Origin: a virus
Strand: one strand, 5' to 3'
IMG/VR virus record: IMGVR_UViG_3300044701_003572
Span: 22,379-86,378 of that record
Length of the DNA: 64,000 nucleotides
Shown: positions 48,455 through 58,346 of the stretch, in pieces
Position numbering within the stretch: position 1 is the first letter of the stretch
How the letters are laid out: each line of letters begins with the position of its first letter
Translations under genes and position numbers: made by a program
Notes under the pieces: model-generated
Told to the model about the DNA's origin: nothing
The model's input: only the letters and a program-made list of their open reading frames with translations
The model's database searches: none

Positions 48455-49004
48455 TTAGATCTATACCTAGATTCTCTTTGATCTTTGACCTAGTATAATC
48501 AGTTAGTTTAAGTTCAAAGTCCATTTGATTAATTCTAGGATTTTCGATCCACCAATCGACTGCGGAAACAATATCACTATAAAGTATAGGATGGTCGCAA
48601 CTGACAGCATTTTCTAACATAGATATTTTCATATACAAGATGTTAGATGTAGACTTTGAACTTAATTTCTTACATCTCTGTTCTAGTTGATGTTTGATTT
48701 CGCCGTAGGGTCTACAATTAGGATACATCTGTTCATAGTAATCTCCAGCGATAGATCCCATAACGATTATCTTAGGCACTGTGCCTTCTAGTCTGTTTAG
48801 CAGATCAATTTGATGAGTTTTAACAAATGAGTTGTTAATAAACAGATCGCAATCTTTTGATAGTTCAACAATTTCTTCTAATTTATCGTTGATGTCGAAT
48901 CCATTAGATCTAGAGAATCCCTGCACTTCCCAACCTTTGGCTGTGAAATGATCATAAAGAATTTTACCTATTCCAAAAGTATGACCGGTGATAGTACATT
49001 TCAT
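48447..49004 (-). CDS. short-chain dehydrogenase/reductase
   Basis: ITGHTFGIG, FINN, GS and YxxxK (YGEIK) motifs. Confidence 0.75.
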   Translation of the reverse strand: MKCTITGHTFGIGKILYDHFTAKGWEVQGFSRSNGFDINDKLEEIVELSKDCDLFINNSFVKTHQIDLLNRLEGTVPKIIVMGSIAGDYYEQMYPNCRPYGEIKHQLEQRCKKLSSKSTSNILYMKISMLENAVSCDHPILYSDIVSAVDWWIENPRINQMDFELKLTDYTRSKIKENLGIDLNE

Positions 49005-49017
49005 CTTGTACTTATTG

Positions 49018-49644
49018 TTAAATTGCTCCAGTGATCTCTAATAATGAATTGACATCTTCAGCATCGACTGAAAATATAATGTGAGGTCGATCCTCAGTGT
49101 CTTCATTATGTACGCTGTGCATCTGGGTAGTATCTACTAGATATATTGATCCGGCCTCTAGATTGTATCTTTCTCCTGCGTCGTCAAAATCAAAATATGC
49201 CTTTTTTGGACTATAGATAGGAATATGTACGTGCCACGATTCATCTACGTGTGTAGGAATATACGATCCGGGATAAGAAAGGCTAACTCCCATTCTATAA
49301 CCCATGGGAAATTTATTAGCGATTCTTTCCGCTATACCAAAATATAATTCAGTATTCCATTCCGGAGAAGGTACTTTAACAAGTACATTCCAAGGTGCGC
49401 AGATTCTCGACTGATCTTCTAAATAAGATTGTATGCTCCATCCGTGGGGCATTCTATTTAAATCGTGTTCTACATTGTCGCCAAATTCGTTAATCTGATC
49501 TGTGGTATACGCTTCTTTCTTGATATAATTTTTCTGTTCGCTGTGTACAAACTTTTTATGCTGAAAATTTTCAACGATAGCCTTGTAATAATCTCTAAGC
49601 TCTTCGATATTCACAGTGACGTCTAATTTATAAATTCGTTTCAT
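49018..49644 (-). CDS. Fe(II)/2OG oxygenase-like protein (Asp/Asn beta-hydroxylase-like)
   Basis: HVD...HIPI...MHSVHN...RPHI; start MKRIY lies 7 nt after TAAATA. Confidence 0.7.
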   Translation of the reverse strand: MKRIYKLDVTVNIEELRDYYKAIVENFQHKKFVHSEQKNYIKKEAYTTDQINEFGDNVEHDLNRMPHGWSIQSYLEDQSRICAPWNVLVKVPSPEWNTELYFGIAERIANKFPMGYRMGVSLSYPGSYIPTHVDESWHVHIPIYSPKKAYFDFDDAGERYNLEAGSIYLVDTTQMHSVHNEDTEDRPHIIFSVDAEDVNSLLEITGAI

Positions 49645-49684
49645 AGTCACATATTTATTGCCCAAAAAAACTAACAGTAAATAT

Positions 49685-50755
49685 ATGATGTTTTATGACA
49701 CTATAAAAGAATTAGATATTGAACACAGCTCGGTCTGCAATGCTGCTTGTCCTAGTTGCACTAGAGAACTACGTCCGGGAGATTATAGCTGGTTTAAACA
49801 AACTTGGTTACCCGAAGAGTTTTACAGAGAACGTATTCCACAAGAAATCTTTGATAACTTAGAAAGTATTTTCTTTAGCGGCATGGTTGGTGATCCTTGT
49901 GCTGCTCCAAATTTTTTAGAAGTCTGTAGAATTATCAAACAGAGAGCACCTCATATTAATATCAAAGTTAGTACTAATGGAGGAATGCGTAATCCGGAAT
50001 GGTGGGCCGAATTGGCAAAGATCTTAGATAAAGGATCCTGGGTCCGATTTGCTATAGATGGTTTAGAAGATACCAATCATATCTATAGAGTTAATGTTCG
50101 ATGGGATAAGACTATTGAAAATGCTCGATCATTTATCGATGCCGGCGGCGAGACCGAATGGCAATTTATCGCATTTAAGCACAACGAACATCAAATTGAA
50201 CAGGCTAGAGACTTTGCTTTATCTATAGGTTTCGATAGATTCATTGTTCGTAAGAGTCATAAGTTCTTATTAGACGCACTTTTTGAAATGCAACTCGCAG
50301 GTACGGGGGGCATTAAAATAGAAAAGCCTACACAGGACAAGTATGTGCATCCGTTGATATTAGAAAAATCTAAACCTTTTAAACTCAAAGAAGCATTAGA
50401 ACTTTCTAATAACAGTCCTATTACTTGTGAAGTACAAGGTCGCAAGGCTATGTATATTTCTGCAGAAGGATTTTTATTTCCCTGTGTTTATACCGGAACT
50501 TGTGTACATTTATCAAAAAGCAAAGACCTAAATGACAGTTGGGGTCAACTATGGTCAGAACACGGTAGTGATAAAATTAACCTAATGAAAAATGAGTGGC
50601 ACGATATTCTTAACGGCGATTTTTTTAACAATATACAGAAAGGTTGGAGTTGCGGCTACAGTAATGGACGCTTGGCTGCTTGTGGATTATTCTGTAGTAA
50701 GTCCGCAGCAAGAATTTTTGACTCGTGCGTAAATTACGATATTACAGATGTATAA
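49685..50755 (+). CDS. radical SAM/SPASM protein (paralog of 39380)
   Basis: CNAACPSC, GDP, STNGG, PC, CGLFC. Confidence 0.9.
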   Translation: MMFYDTIKELDIEHSSVCNAACPSCTRELRPGDYSWFKQTWLPEEFYRERIPQEIFDNLESIFFSGMVGDPCAAPNFLEVCRIIKQRAPHINIKVSTNGGMRNPEWWAELAKILDKGSWVRFAIDGLEDTNHIYRVNVRWDKTIENARSFIDAGGETEWQFIAFKHNEHQIEQARDFALSIGFDRFIVRKSHKFLLDALFEMQLAGTGGIKIEKPTQDKYVHPLILEKSKPFKLKEALELSNNSPITCEVQGRKAMYISAEGFLFPCVYTGTCVHLSKSKDLNDSWGQLWSEHGSDKINLMKNEWHDILNGDFFNNIQKGWSCGYSNGRLAACGLFCSKSAARIFDSCVNYDITDV

Positions 50756-52352
50756 TGTTATTCTTTTTACAGACACCCCTGGCACAGATTGGTTAAGCAG
50801 AGGTTACGGTTGTTATCGTTTAGCCACAGAGATCAGAGAAGCAGGATTTACTGTACTTACAGTTGAATACGGATCTAGCCTTACGTGGGATCGATATAAG
50901 GAAGTAATTGATCAGGCAGTTGGGGATGACACCTTAGTTGTTGGTTATTCCACAACCTGGTTCCCTTACAGGAATCTTAATAAGATTAATCCTAGATATT
51001 CTGTAGGTTTCAAAAGCAACAAGGAACATACAGATTTTAAACACGACAAACATTCTTGGTATTATGAAAGCCTTAGTCATTGTTTTAGTCAAGAGGATCC
51101 GGACAAATGGGTTGATTATGTTAAACAAAAAAATCCTAAAATTAAATGTATAGTAGGTGGTGCTAAATCTAACGAATATGTTTTTGAACCTAATGTAGAT
51201 AATATATTCATTGGATTCAGCGAGAATATGATTCTAGATTATGTTAAAAGTCTCAGCGGCCAAGGACCAAAAAGAATTTTTAATAAAATAGTTAATTATG
51301 ATCCCAAGGCATCGGATCCACGATTTGATTTTAAAAGTTCTTTTACAAGATATGTCGATACAGATTGTCTAGTCCAAGGAGAATTATTAACATTAGAATT
51401 TGCTAGAGGTTGTATCTTCAATTGTAATTTTTGTTCTTATCCTCATCGAAATCAACAGACCAGAGATTATATCAAATATAAAGAAAATATTCGAGCAGAG
51501 TTAATGGAAAATTGGGAGAAGTGGGGATGTACTAGATACATGATCACCGACGATACATTCAACGATGCCACAGAAAAATTAATACACATTAAAGAAGTAA
51601 TCGAAACTTTGCCTTTTAAACCTAAGTTTTGGGCGTATTGTCGAATGGATTTATTTCATAAATTTCCAGAACAGATACAGCTGATGAAAGATATTGGTGT
51701 TACTGAAATCTATTACGGTTTAGAAACCTGGCACGACAAGACTGCTAAAGTAATTAACAAAGGTGGTAAAATAGAAAACAAAATTTCTGCTATGAAAAAG
51801 GCTAGGGAAATCTGGGGATCTGACGTATACGTTACAGTAGGCTTAGTTATGGGATTACCTCACGACACAGTCGATAGTGTACAACAGGCCTGTGAGTGGT
51901 TTAAAGCTGAAGGACACAAATATATCGATTGGTTTAACGTATCATCATTAACAGTGTATCCCCCTACCGATAATTTAAAATATAAATTCTTTTCAGACAT
52001 AGAAAAAAATTTAGACAAGTACGGATACACATTCCCGGACGTAGAAAATAATCCTATAGAATGGAACAGACACGACGATGGCGATATCTGCAGTAAAAGT
52101 CAGGCTGATCAGTTAATGGACTTTTGGATGAAAGAAATAGGTCCCTACCAAGCTCCTAGAAAACAAATGTGGTTTTCTAATGCTCTTACAACAATAGATC
52201 CTAGATTAGATTACGAGTATCTTTTACATACGACTAGAGATGAATGGAATGATATTTTTAGAGGATTTAATCCTACAGAATATTATTGGAAATACGTAAA
52301 TTTTTACTATTGGCCGAAACTTTTAAGTATGTTACGGAAAAACAATTCGTGA
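50748..52352 (+). CDS. cobalamin-binding (class B-like) radical SAM protein
   Basis: VGYST...VGG; ARGCIFNCNFC; DDT; GLET; GLPHDT. Confidence 0.8.
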   Translation: MYNVILFTDTPGTDWLSRGYGCYRLATEIREAGFTVLTVEYGSSLTWDRYKEVIDQAVGDDTLVVGYSTTWFPYRNLNKINPRYSVGFKSNKEHTDFKHDKHSWYYESLSHCFSQEDPDKWVDYVKQKNPKIKCIVGGAKSNEYVFEPNVDNIFIGFSENMILDYVKSLSGQGPKRIFNKIVNYDPKASDPRFDFKSSFTRYVDTDCLVQGELLTLEFARGCIFNCNFCSYPHRNQQTRDYIKYKENIRAELMENWEKWGCTRYMITDDTFNDATEKLIHIKEVIETLPFKPKFWAYCRMDLFHKFPEQIQLMKDIGVTEIYYGLETWHDKTAKVINKGGKIENKISAMKKAREIWGSDVYVTVGLVMGLPHDTVDSVQQACEWFKAEGHKYIDWFNVSSLTVYPPTDNLKYKFFSDIEKNLDKYGYTFPDVENNPIEWNRHDDGDICSKSQADQLMDFWMKEIGPYQAPRKQMWFSNALTTIDPRLDYEYLLHTTRDEWNDIFRGFNPTEYYWKYVNFYYWPKLLSMLRKNNS

Positions 52353-53035
52353 GTTTTCGTACCTGGATGCTTTAAATCTCTGCCGTAATCAATTTGATTA
52401 GTGTTGTCAACTTCAATGACTCTGATGTTTTGATATTCTAACATCGAAACTATAGTGTCTCTGATAATTTTACTATAATGATCAAAGTAATCAGTGTCGA
52501 TAACTGAATTAAAATTTCTCCAATCCTGCTCAGATATTCTATCACCGATATCGGATTTACAAGACCAGGGACCTATAGGAACAATTTTATCTTGATATGC
52601 TCTAAAGGTTCTGACTATCTGTGGCCATTTTATGATCACTGCCTGTGGTTTAAGTTTTATGTGTTTAAACCAGGAACTTAGATTGAATGACACGAGGTCA
52701 TAACCCGCTCCTTCTACAGCAAGATTGTAATAATCAATTCCTAGTTGCTGTGAAACCAAATAAGGAAAAGTTTCTTTTAATGAAACAGCAGAACCTACTG
52801 TGATACTACAGCCTAAAAATAAAATAAAATCTTTGTCTAGATTTTCTATTTCTTTAGATCTATGACCGTAAGAATTTCTATCATATAAAACTCGTTTTGT
52901 TCTATAGATCCAATCTTGAGATTGAGATTTCAAATTACCAACAAATACCTGTTCGGTGTCCTGACCGTAAAGGCCAAATTCTGATACTCCGGATTCGCAG
53001 TATCCTACCAATTTTTCATTATACAGTTTTAGCAA
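52307..53035 (-). CDS. SGNH-like hydrolase or acyltransferase
   Basis: NSYGHRS, LGCSITVG, NLA and DLKHPG motifs. Confidence 0.6.
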   Translation of the reverse strand: MLKLYNEKLVGYCESGVSEFGLYGQDTEQVFVGNLKSQSQDWIYRTKRVLYDRNSYGHRSKEIENLDKDFILFLGCSITVGSAVSLKETFPYLVSQQLGIDYYNLAVEGAGYDLVSFNLSSWFKHIKLKPQAVIIKWPQIVRTFRAYQDKIVPIGPWSCKSDIGDRISEQDWRNFNSVIDTDYFDHYSKIIRDTIVSMLEYQNIRVIEVDNTNQIDYGRDLKHPGTKTHELFFRNILKSFGQ

Positions 53036-53077
53036 TTTATTACCAAATAAATAGTGTTATATTTAATATACAATAAA

Positions 53078-54250
53078 ATGTCAGAAATTTTTTTTCAAAT
53101 TAACCAATTTAATCAACTGGACTTCGACTCGGTATTTAAACACGTAGAATCTCTAGGCGGCCATCTTTTAGAGCCAACAGTTAGTCTGTGCCATCAGTGC
53201 CATTATCATATACCGGGATATACCTACTATGTTAACGACCAATTATGGATGATTAAAAAATGTAAAATTCACGGTATCACAACACATATGCTCGAACGTG
53301 ATTACACTTTTTATAAAAATTTAATTTACACCGATGCTTCTTTTACATTTACTAAAAAAAGCATCTTAACAGAAGTAACGGATAGATGCAATGCTGATTG
53401 CCCTCATTGCTATCATATTCCTGATAATAAAACATTAGATATTTCGATAGATGAAATAATATCTAGAATCGAAAAATGGAATCAGGGAGATGTTGATATT
53501 AACTTTGCAGGAGCAGAACCAACAATAAGAAAAGATTTTCCTGAATTGGTTAGGCGTGTAAAAGAAAGATGGCCTAATAATGCTCTTGGAGCATTAACTA
53601 ACGGTATTAGACTAGCAGACAAGGATTGGTTATTGGAAATTAAGGAAGCAGGAATTACTGCTTTAACTATAGGATTGAATCATCCTAGCTATCTTAATAA
53701 TGAAACACTAAGAAAGAAACAATTACAAGCGATTGATAACTGTTATGAGTTAGGAATGATGACATATTCGATTGGTTATACTATGGCAAGTCTAGAAGAG
53801 TTACATTTTATATTAGATGAAATTTGTAGCAATCCTTGGACACCAGTACATTTTAGAATACGATACGGAAGCGACATAGGTCGTTATCCTAATCAAGAAA
53901 GAATGTACGTAAGTGACACATATAAAGCTATTAAAATTTGGTGCGAAAAAAATGGTGTACCGTTCGAAGATATACCCGGGGATAATAATCTATATCATAC
54001 GATGGTCAATGTTAATGGAAAGTCAGTCCGAGTAATACAATGGTGCGATGAAACAGATATTCATATGGAAGAATTGTTAACTGGACCTTATTGCGACTTT
54101 GTTTCAGACGGTGTGACTAATTTCTTGCATCAAATAATCCGCAGAGACATAGAAAAAAATCAAGGAATTCGATTGCCGGATAGACCTCCTGCTAGATATC
54201 TTATGGAAAATAGATTTAACGTAGAATCTTTGGAGTTTAAAAATTTATGA
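53078..54250 (+). CDS. radical SAM protein with N-terminal Cys/His (Zn-like) domain
   Basis: CHQC...KKCKIHG; CNADCPHC; GAEPT; TNG; start uncertain (53054 or 53078). Confidence 0.85.
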   Translation: MSEIFFQINQFNQLDFDSVFKHVESLGGHLLEPTVSLCHQCHYHIPGYTYYVNDQLWMIKKCKIHGITTHMLERDYTFYKNLIYTDASFTFTKKSILTEVTDRCNADCPHCYHIPDNKTLDISIDEIISRIEKWNQGDVDINFAGAEPTIRKDFPELVRRVKERWPNNALGALTNGIRLADKDWLLEIKEAGITALTIGLNHPSYLNNETLRKKQLQAIDNCYELGMMTYSIGYTMASLEELHFILDEICSNPWTPVHFRIRYGSDIGRYPNQERMYVSDTYKAIKIWCEKNGVPFEDIPGDNNLYHTMVNVNGKSVRVIQWCDETDIHMEELLTGPYCDFVSDGVTNFLHQIIRRDIEKNQGIRLPDRPPARYLMENRFNVESLEFKNL

Positions 54251-54822
54251 GAATGATAGAATTTGATCACGACGATTTTGTAAAATTTTCTAAAGATGTT
54301 TTTAAAACTCTAGATTTTCCTATTGATTACTATAAAGGAACTGCGGTTTGGAATATGGCCTCTGTTAGGCCTGATTTGATAAATCAAGCTAAGAATTTTT
54401 TTCCTTGGTTATCAGGAAATGTTGCAGCATTTTTTTTACAACCAAATTCTCATTGTCCTATTCACGTTGACGATCATGACAATGTATCTTATTTCAACGC
54501 ACTCAATGTATTAATTGAAGACAATAACGGAAATCATAAAACATATTATTATGATGTTCCGGGAGGTTGGAACATACACGATCAGGGTACAATATACGGA
54601 TGGGGTGACGAGTATGTTGAAGGCGATCAAAAAATTCAAAGAGTATTTTCGCACACTGTAACAAAACCAACATTGTTTAATCATCAACAATTACATAGTA
54701 TTGAAAATTTTGATGGTAAGATACGAATAGTATTATGTTGGCAAATACATAAAGATTATAGTATAGAACATTTGAATTTATGGTTAGAAACAAATAATTT
54801 TAATCCTAAGGTACTTTATTGA
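54247..54822 (+). CDS. Fe(II) oxygenase / cupin-like protein
   Basis: HVD...LHSIEN...RIVL. Confidence 0.6.
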   Translation: MRMIEFDHDDFVKFSKDVFKTLDFPIDYYKGTAVWNMASVRPDLINQAKNFFPWLSGNVAAFFLQPNSHCPIHVDDHDNVSYFNALNVLIEDNNGNHKTYYYDVPGGWNIHDQGTIYGWGDEYVEGDQKIQRVFSHTVTKPTLFNHQQLHSIENFDGKIRIVLCWQIHKDYSIEHLNLWLETNNFNPKVLY

Positions 54823-55397
54823 TGTTGTTAAATTATAAACAGTATCGTCACTATAATTTGATAGATAATATTCTGTTAGTAGTTCAAGAAGAATTAAAAG
54901 AATATTTAAAATATAAAAAACAAAGTGATATGGCTTCTCTTGATTGGTTCGAAAATCAATATGGACATCAGTTACCTATGAGAGATATATTAAAGTTATG
55001 GTGGACTGTTCCTAGTATAAGAGCAGGTAATTATACTGAATGGTCTTTATTGATGCCCAATATGTCTAAGGCAGCTTACGATTTACCAGGGATAGTTAAT
55101 TTTAGTTTAAACTGTATATCTCCGGGGGGTATGATTCCAGTACATTCTGATTATACTTATGACATGAGAGAAGATTTATCAAACATTAAAAAAGCCTTTG
55201 CGATAATTGTTGCGGTTGATATACCTGCCGGGTCTCTAGACGAATGTGGCTTTGAACTCAACGGTAATAAAATTTATCTTAAGACCGGTGATATTATTGC
55301 ATTTGATGGAAAATTTCCTCACGGTTCTTGGAATTATACTTCTCAATGGAGGTACACATTGAATATGGATATAGAGGAGTCGTACTGGAATGTTTGA
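54819..55397 (+). CDS. Asp/Asn beta-hydroxylase-like oxygenase
   Basis: PGGMIPVHSD...FDGKFPHGSWN...RYTLNMD. Confidence 0.7.
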   Translation: MMLLNYKQYRHYNLIDNILLVVQEELKEYLKYKKQSDMASLDWFENQYGHQLPMRDILKLWWTVPSIRAGNYTEWSLLMPNMSKAAYDLPGIVNFSLNCISPGGMIPVHSDYTYDMREDLSNIKKAFAIIVAVDIPAGSLDECGFELNGNKIYLKTGDIIAFDGKFPHGSWNYTSQWRYTLNMDIEESYWNV

Positions 55398-55974
55398 ATA
55401 TTTAAATTATGTACAAATCCCGATCGATTTAAGAGATCATATTTTAGATTTAGCATTTAAAAATTCTTCTTATCAGGCGGAGAGGTTTGAAAAATTTTAT
55501 ATCGATAATAGAATAGAAGAAGCCATAGACGAAAGTTATCCTACTGTAAAATTAGGATTAGGTATATCTCCTAAAGAAGCTGAGAAAGTTTCCGGTATGT
55601 GTACAATGACTATGTTTCAATCAGATAAAGTTACAGATTGGGTTAGAAATAATATCAATGATTCTTTTATGGCTGTACACATTCAAAACTTCGATCGGGG
55701 GAGTTTATTCTTTCCTCACGTAGATCTAATTAGAACAAAAGCTTTAAATTATCTTATTGAAAGCGGCGATGCTGATACAATATTTTTCGAACCTCTCGAA
55801 GAGTTTAAAAATTTAGTTCCGCAACCTAGTACATATATACCTCATAATAGAATACGAGAAATTAAAAAAATTAAAATAGAAACAAATAGATGGCACCAAC
55901 TAGATGTTACTAAAATTCATAATGTAGAAAATATTAAATCTAGAAGATTAGCAATCACTGTTAGTTTCGCTTAG
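55390..55974 (+). CDS. Fe(II) oxygenase / cupin-like protein
   Basis: HVD...IHNVEN...RLAITV. Confidence 0.6.
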   Translation: MFEYLNYVQIPIDLRDHILDLAFKNSSYQAERFEKFYIDNRIEEAIDESYPTVKLGLGISPKEAEKVSGMCTMTMFQSDKVTDWVRNNINDSFMAVHIQNFDRGSLFFPHVDLIRTKALNYLIESGDADTIFFEPLEEFKNLVPQPSTYIPHNRIREIKKIKIETNRWHQLDVTKIHNVENIKSRRLAITVSFA

Positions 55975-57132
55975 TACTGAAACGAGTTTATTTTTTAAAG
56001 AATCAAAATAGTCAAATTCGGCGGTGATAGGAATCATCACTAAAACTCCATCTCGACTGCTATTCCAAATCCCCATATGCATTCCATGTTTGTAAAAAAT
56101 AGATTCTTTTTCTAAATAGTTTGATATTTCTGTTTTTAAGATTAGATTAAAACATACTCCGAAGTTTCTATAGTCTTTGATTAATTTTTGATTTTTTAAA
56201 TCATCAAATAATGATCTTGCAGTTGAAATAATTGTATCGTGCATCGATAAAATATTTTCTTTTTCGATTATGTCTAGATATTTTAAAACACTAATGATCC
56301 CGGCCATAGGAAAACTATAACTGAATCCGTGCATCAACATTTGTGGTTTAACGACATCTGCAACACGCTGGTTACAAAGAGTTGCACTTAAGGGAAAATA
56401 ACCTCCTGTTATTCCTTTTCCTATACAAAATATATCCGGTTGAACACCGTACATTTCGAACCCGAATAAGGTCCCTGTTTTTCCTCCGCAAAATGCTATG
56501 TCATCGATGACTAATAATACGTTATTTTTATTGCAAATATCTCTCAGATTTTGAAAATATTCTTGACCTAAATCAATTAGGCCGCCTTGCCAGGAACAAG
56601 TTTCTATTATTACTGCTGCGGTATCGGAATCGATTTGATCTAGTTGATCATATGAAATAATTTGACAATCATTATGACGCCCAAAAATATTTGTAATATA
56701 TTCACTTCCGCTCACACTAGAACTCATATATGTCGAACCGTGATAAGAGTGTTGAAAACCTATAATTTTTTTCTTTTTTCCTTGATGAAACATATGAACT
56801 AGTTTAATTGCACCCTCTATAGCATCACTGCCTGATAAAGAATACATTGGATAATAACCGTTAGATAAATTATAAAGTTTTTGAGAAAGCAAAGTAGTCA
56901 AATAATTAGCTGTAACGAAGTCTCCTTGACAGAAAGGGTATTTCTTTAATTCGTCTGTAACCGAGTCAATTAAGTCTGTTCTTTTAAATCCGAGTAAGAA
57001 ACAACCACTACTACCTAATCCAAGATCTAAAATATCTCTCTCGTCGTCTTTAAAACCGTATTTGGTTATTTCTGTTGATTTTTTAACAGTCGGCAACGGA
57101 TCGTTTATGCTAAATGGAAATAATTGTTTCAT
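55948..57132 (-). CDS. class III PLP-dependent aminotransferase
   Basis: SGSDAIEGAIK, SYHGST, DDI...GKTG and PDIFCIGKGITGG motifs. Confidence 0.88.
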   Translation of the reverse strand: MKQLFPFSINDPLPTVKKSTEITKYGFKDDERDILDLGLGSSGCFLLGFKRTDLIDSVTDELKKYPFCQGDFVTANYLTTLLSQKLYNLSNGYYPMYSLSGSDAIEGAIKLVHMFHQGKKKKIIGFQHSYHGSTYMSSSVSGSEYITNIFGRHNDCQIISYDQLDQIDSDTAAVIIETCSWQGGLIDLGQEYFQNLRDICNKNNVLLVIDDIAFCGGKTGTLFGFEMYGVQPDIFCIGKGITGGYFPLSATLCNQRVADVVKPQMLMHGFSYSFPMAGIISVLKYLDIIEKENILSMHDTIISTARSLFDDLKNQKLIKDYRNFGVCFNLILKTEISNYLEKESIFYKHGMHMGIWNSSRDGVLVMIPITAEFDYFDSLKNKLVSVLSETNSDC

Positions 57133-58346
57133 TCGTACCTCTTAATAAAAGGATATAGTTTTTGGTAGTTAGTTTTTCTAGTGATATCGTATAGATCCAG
57201 AACTCTGGTTCTTTCTGTCACTACTTCGTTAAAATCATTTATTTGACTTTGTAAAATTTCGATAGAATCTAGGATACCTTTCTTAAATCCTTTGCTATCA
57301 CTTAATATTTTTAAATCTTTATTTGAACATTTTTTGAGAAGACATATAGCTTTTTCTTTTTGTTCGGGTTCTAGATATTCAAAAGAAAAATAGTCTGGTT
57401 GAAATACGATTCTAAGTACAACATCTAACCATTCTATATTATATTTTTCTGCTGTCTTTTCGAAAGTGTCTAGAATTTCTTCTATATCAAATATATTGAA
57501 TATACTTATGGTAAAAGATATTCCAAGATTTCGATTGCCTGCTGAAATTAGTTTGTCTAAATTTTTTAAGAAATTGGAATAAGTAGCAGGATATCTTATG
57601 AGCCTAAATTTTTCATCCTCTATATGATCCCAACTAATCCATAGTTCTTTTTTTGGAAATTGAGTTAGCTTAGATAACATATCGTCAGTTAAACTAGTGA
57701 GATTTACTGTAGTTGATAAGTGTATATCTGTATATTTGTGTCTAATACAATAATCCAAGAGATTGTGTGTTACGGGACTAATTAATGGTTCACCACCCTG
57801 TAGTTCTAGTTTAATCTTATTCTTTAATAAACTTTCGATATTTTCTAAGATATAATCGCCTGCATAGAAATTACCTTGATTAATTTCTTCAATGACTTCG
57901 AGCCATTTAGGCATTTTTATATTTTCAGTTCTAAACAATTTTACTTCTTTCTCATGCTGAGAACTCTGATAATGATTACAAGTAATACATTTTAAATTAC
58001 AAGTATTATCTGATTTTAATCCTAACATCGAAGGTAAAGACTTTGTTTTTATGTTAATGTCTGTGTTTAGATTCTTAAACACTTTATTGAACTCTTGACG
58101 TTGACTGGTTGTTCCTCGAAGCTCTCTATTCCAACATACTTGACAATTTTTGTTTCTAACACCATTGAGTAAATCTTGTCTTAAGTTAACAAAATAATCA
58201 TCGTTCCACGCTTGTTCTATAGTGTGAGTATTAATGTTACTATTTTTTGTATCGCCGGTCTGACTGTGACCGCAGGCTACATAATCTCCGTTACGCTCTA
58301 AATAGACATTAATAAAAGGCATAATACAAAATGTTTCTTTATTCAT
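57129..58346 (-). CDS. radical SAM protein with N-terminal twitch/SPASM-like domain
   Basis: FCIMPF..C..CQVC; CNLKCITC; GGEP. Confidence 0.88.
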   Translation of the reverse strand: MNKETFCIMPFINVYLERNGDYVACGHSQTGDTKNSNINTHTIEQAWNDDYFVNLRQDLLNGVRNKNCQVCWNRELRGTTSQRQEFNKVFKNLNTDINIKTKSLPSMLGLKSDNTCNLKCITCNHYQSSQHEKEVKLFRTENIKMPKWLEVIEEINQGNFYAGDYILENIESLLKNKIKLELQGGEPLISPVTHNLLDYCIRHKYTDIHLSTTVNLTSLTDDMLSKLTQFPKKELWISWDHIEDEKFRLIRYPATYSNFLKNLDKLISAGNRNLGISFTISIFNIFDIEEILDTFEKTAEKYNIEWLDVVLRIVFQPDYFSFEYLEPEQKEKAICLLKKCSNKDLKILSDSKGFKKGILDSIEILQSQINDFNEVVTERTRVLDLYDITRKTNYQKLYPFIKRYE

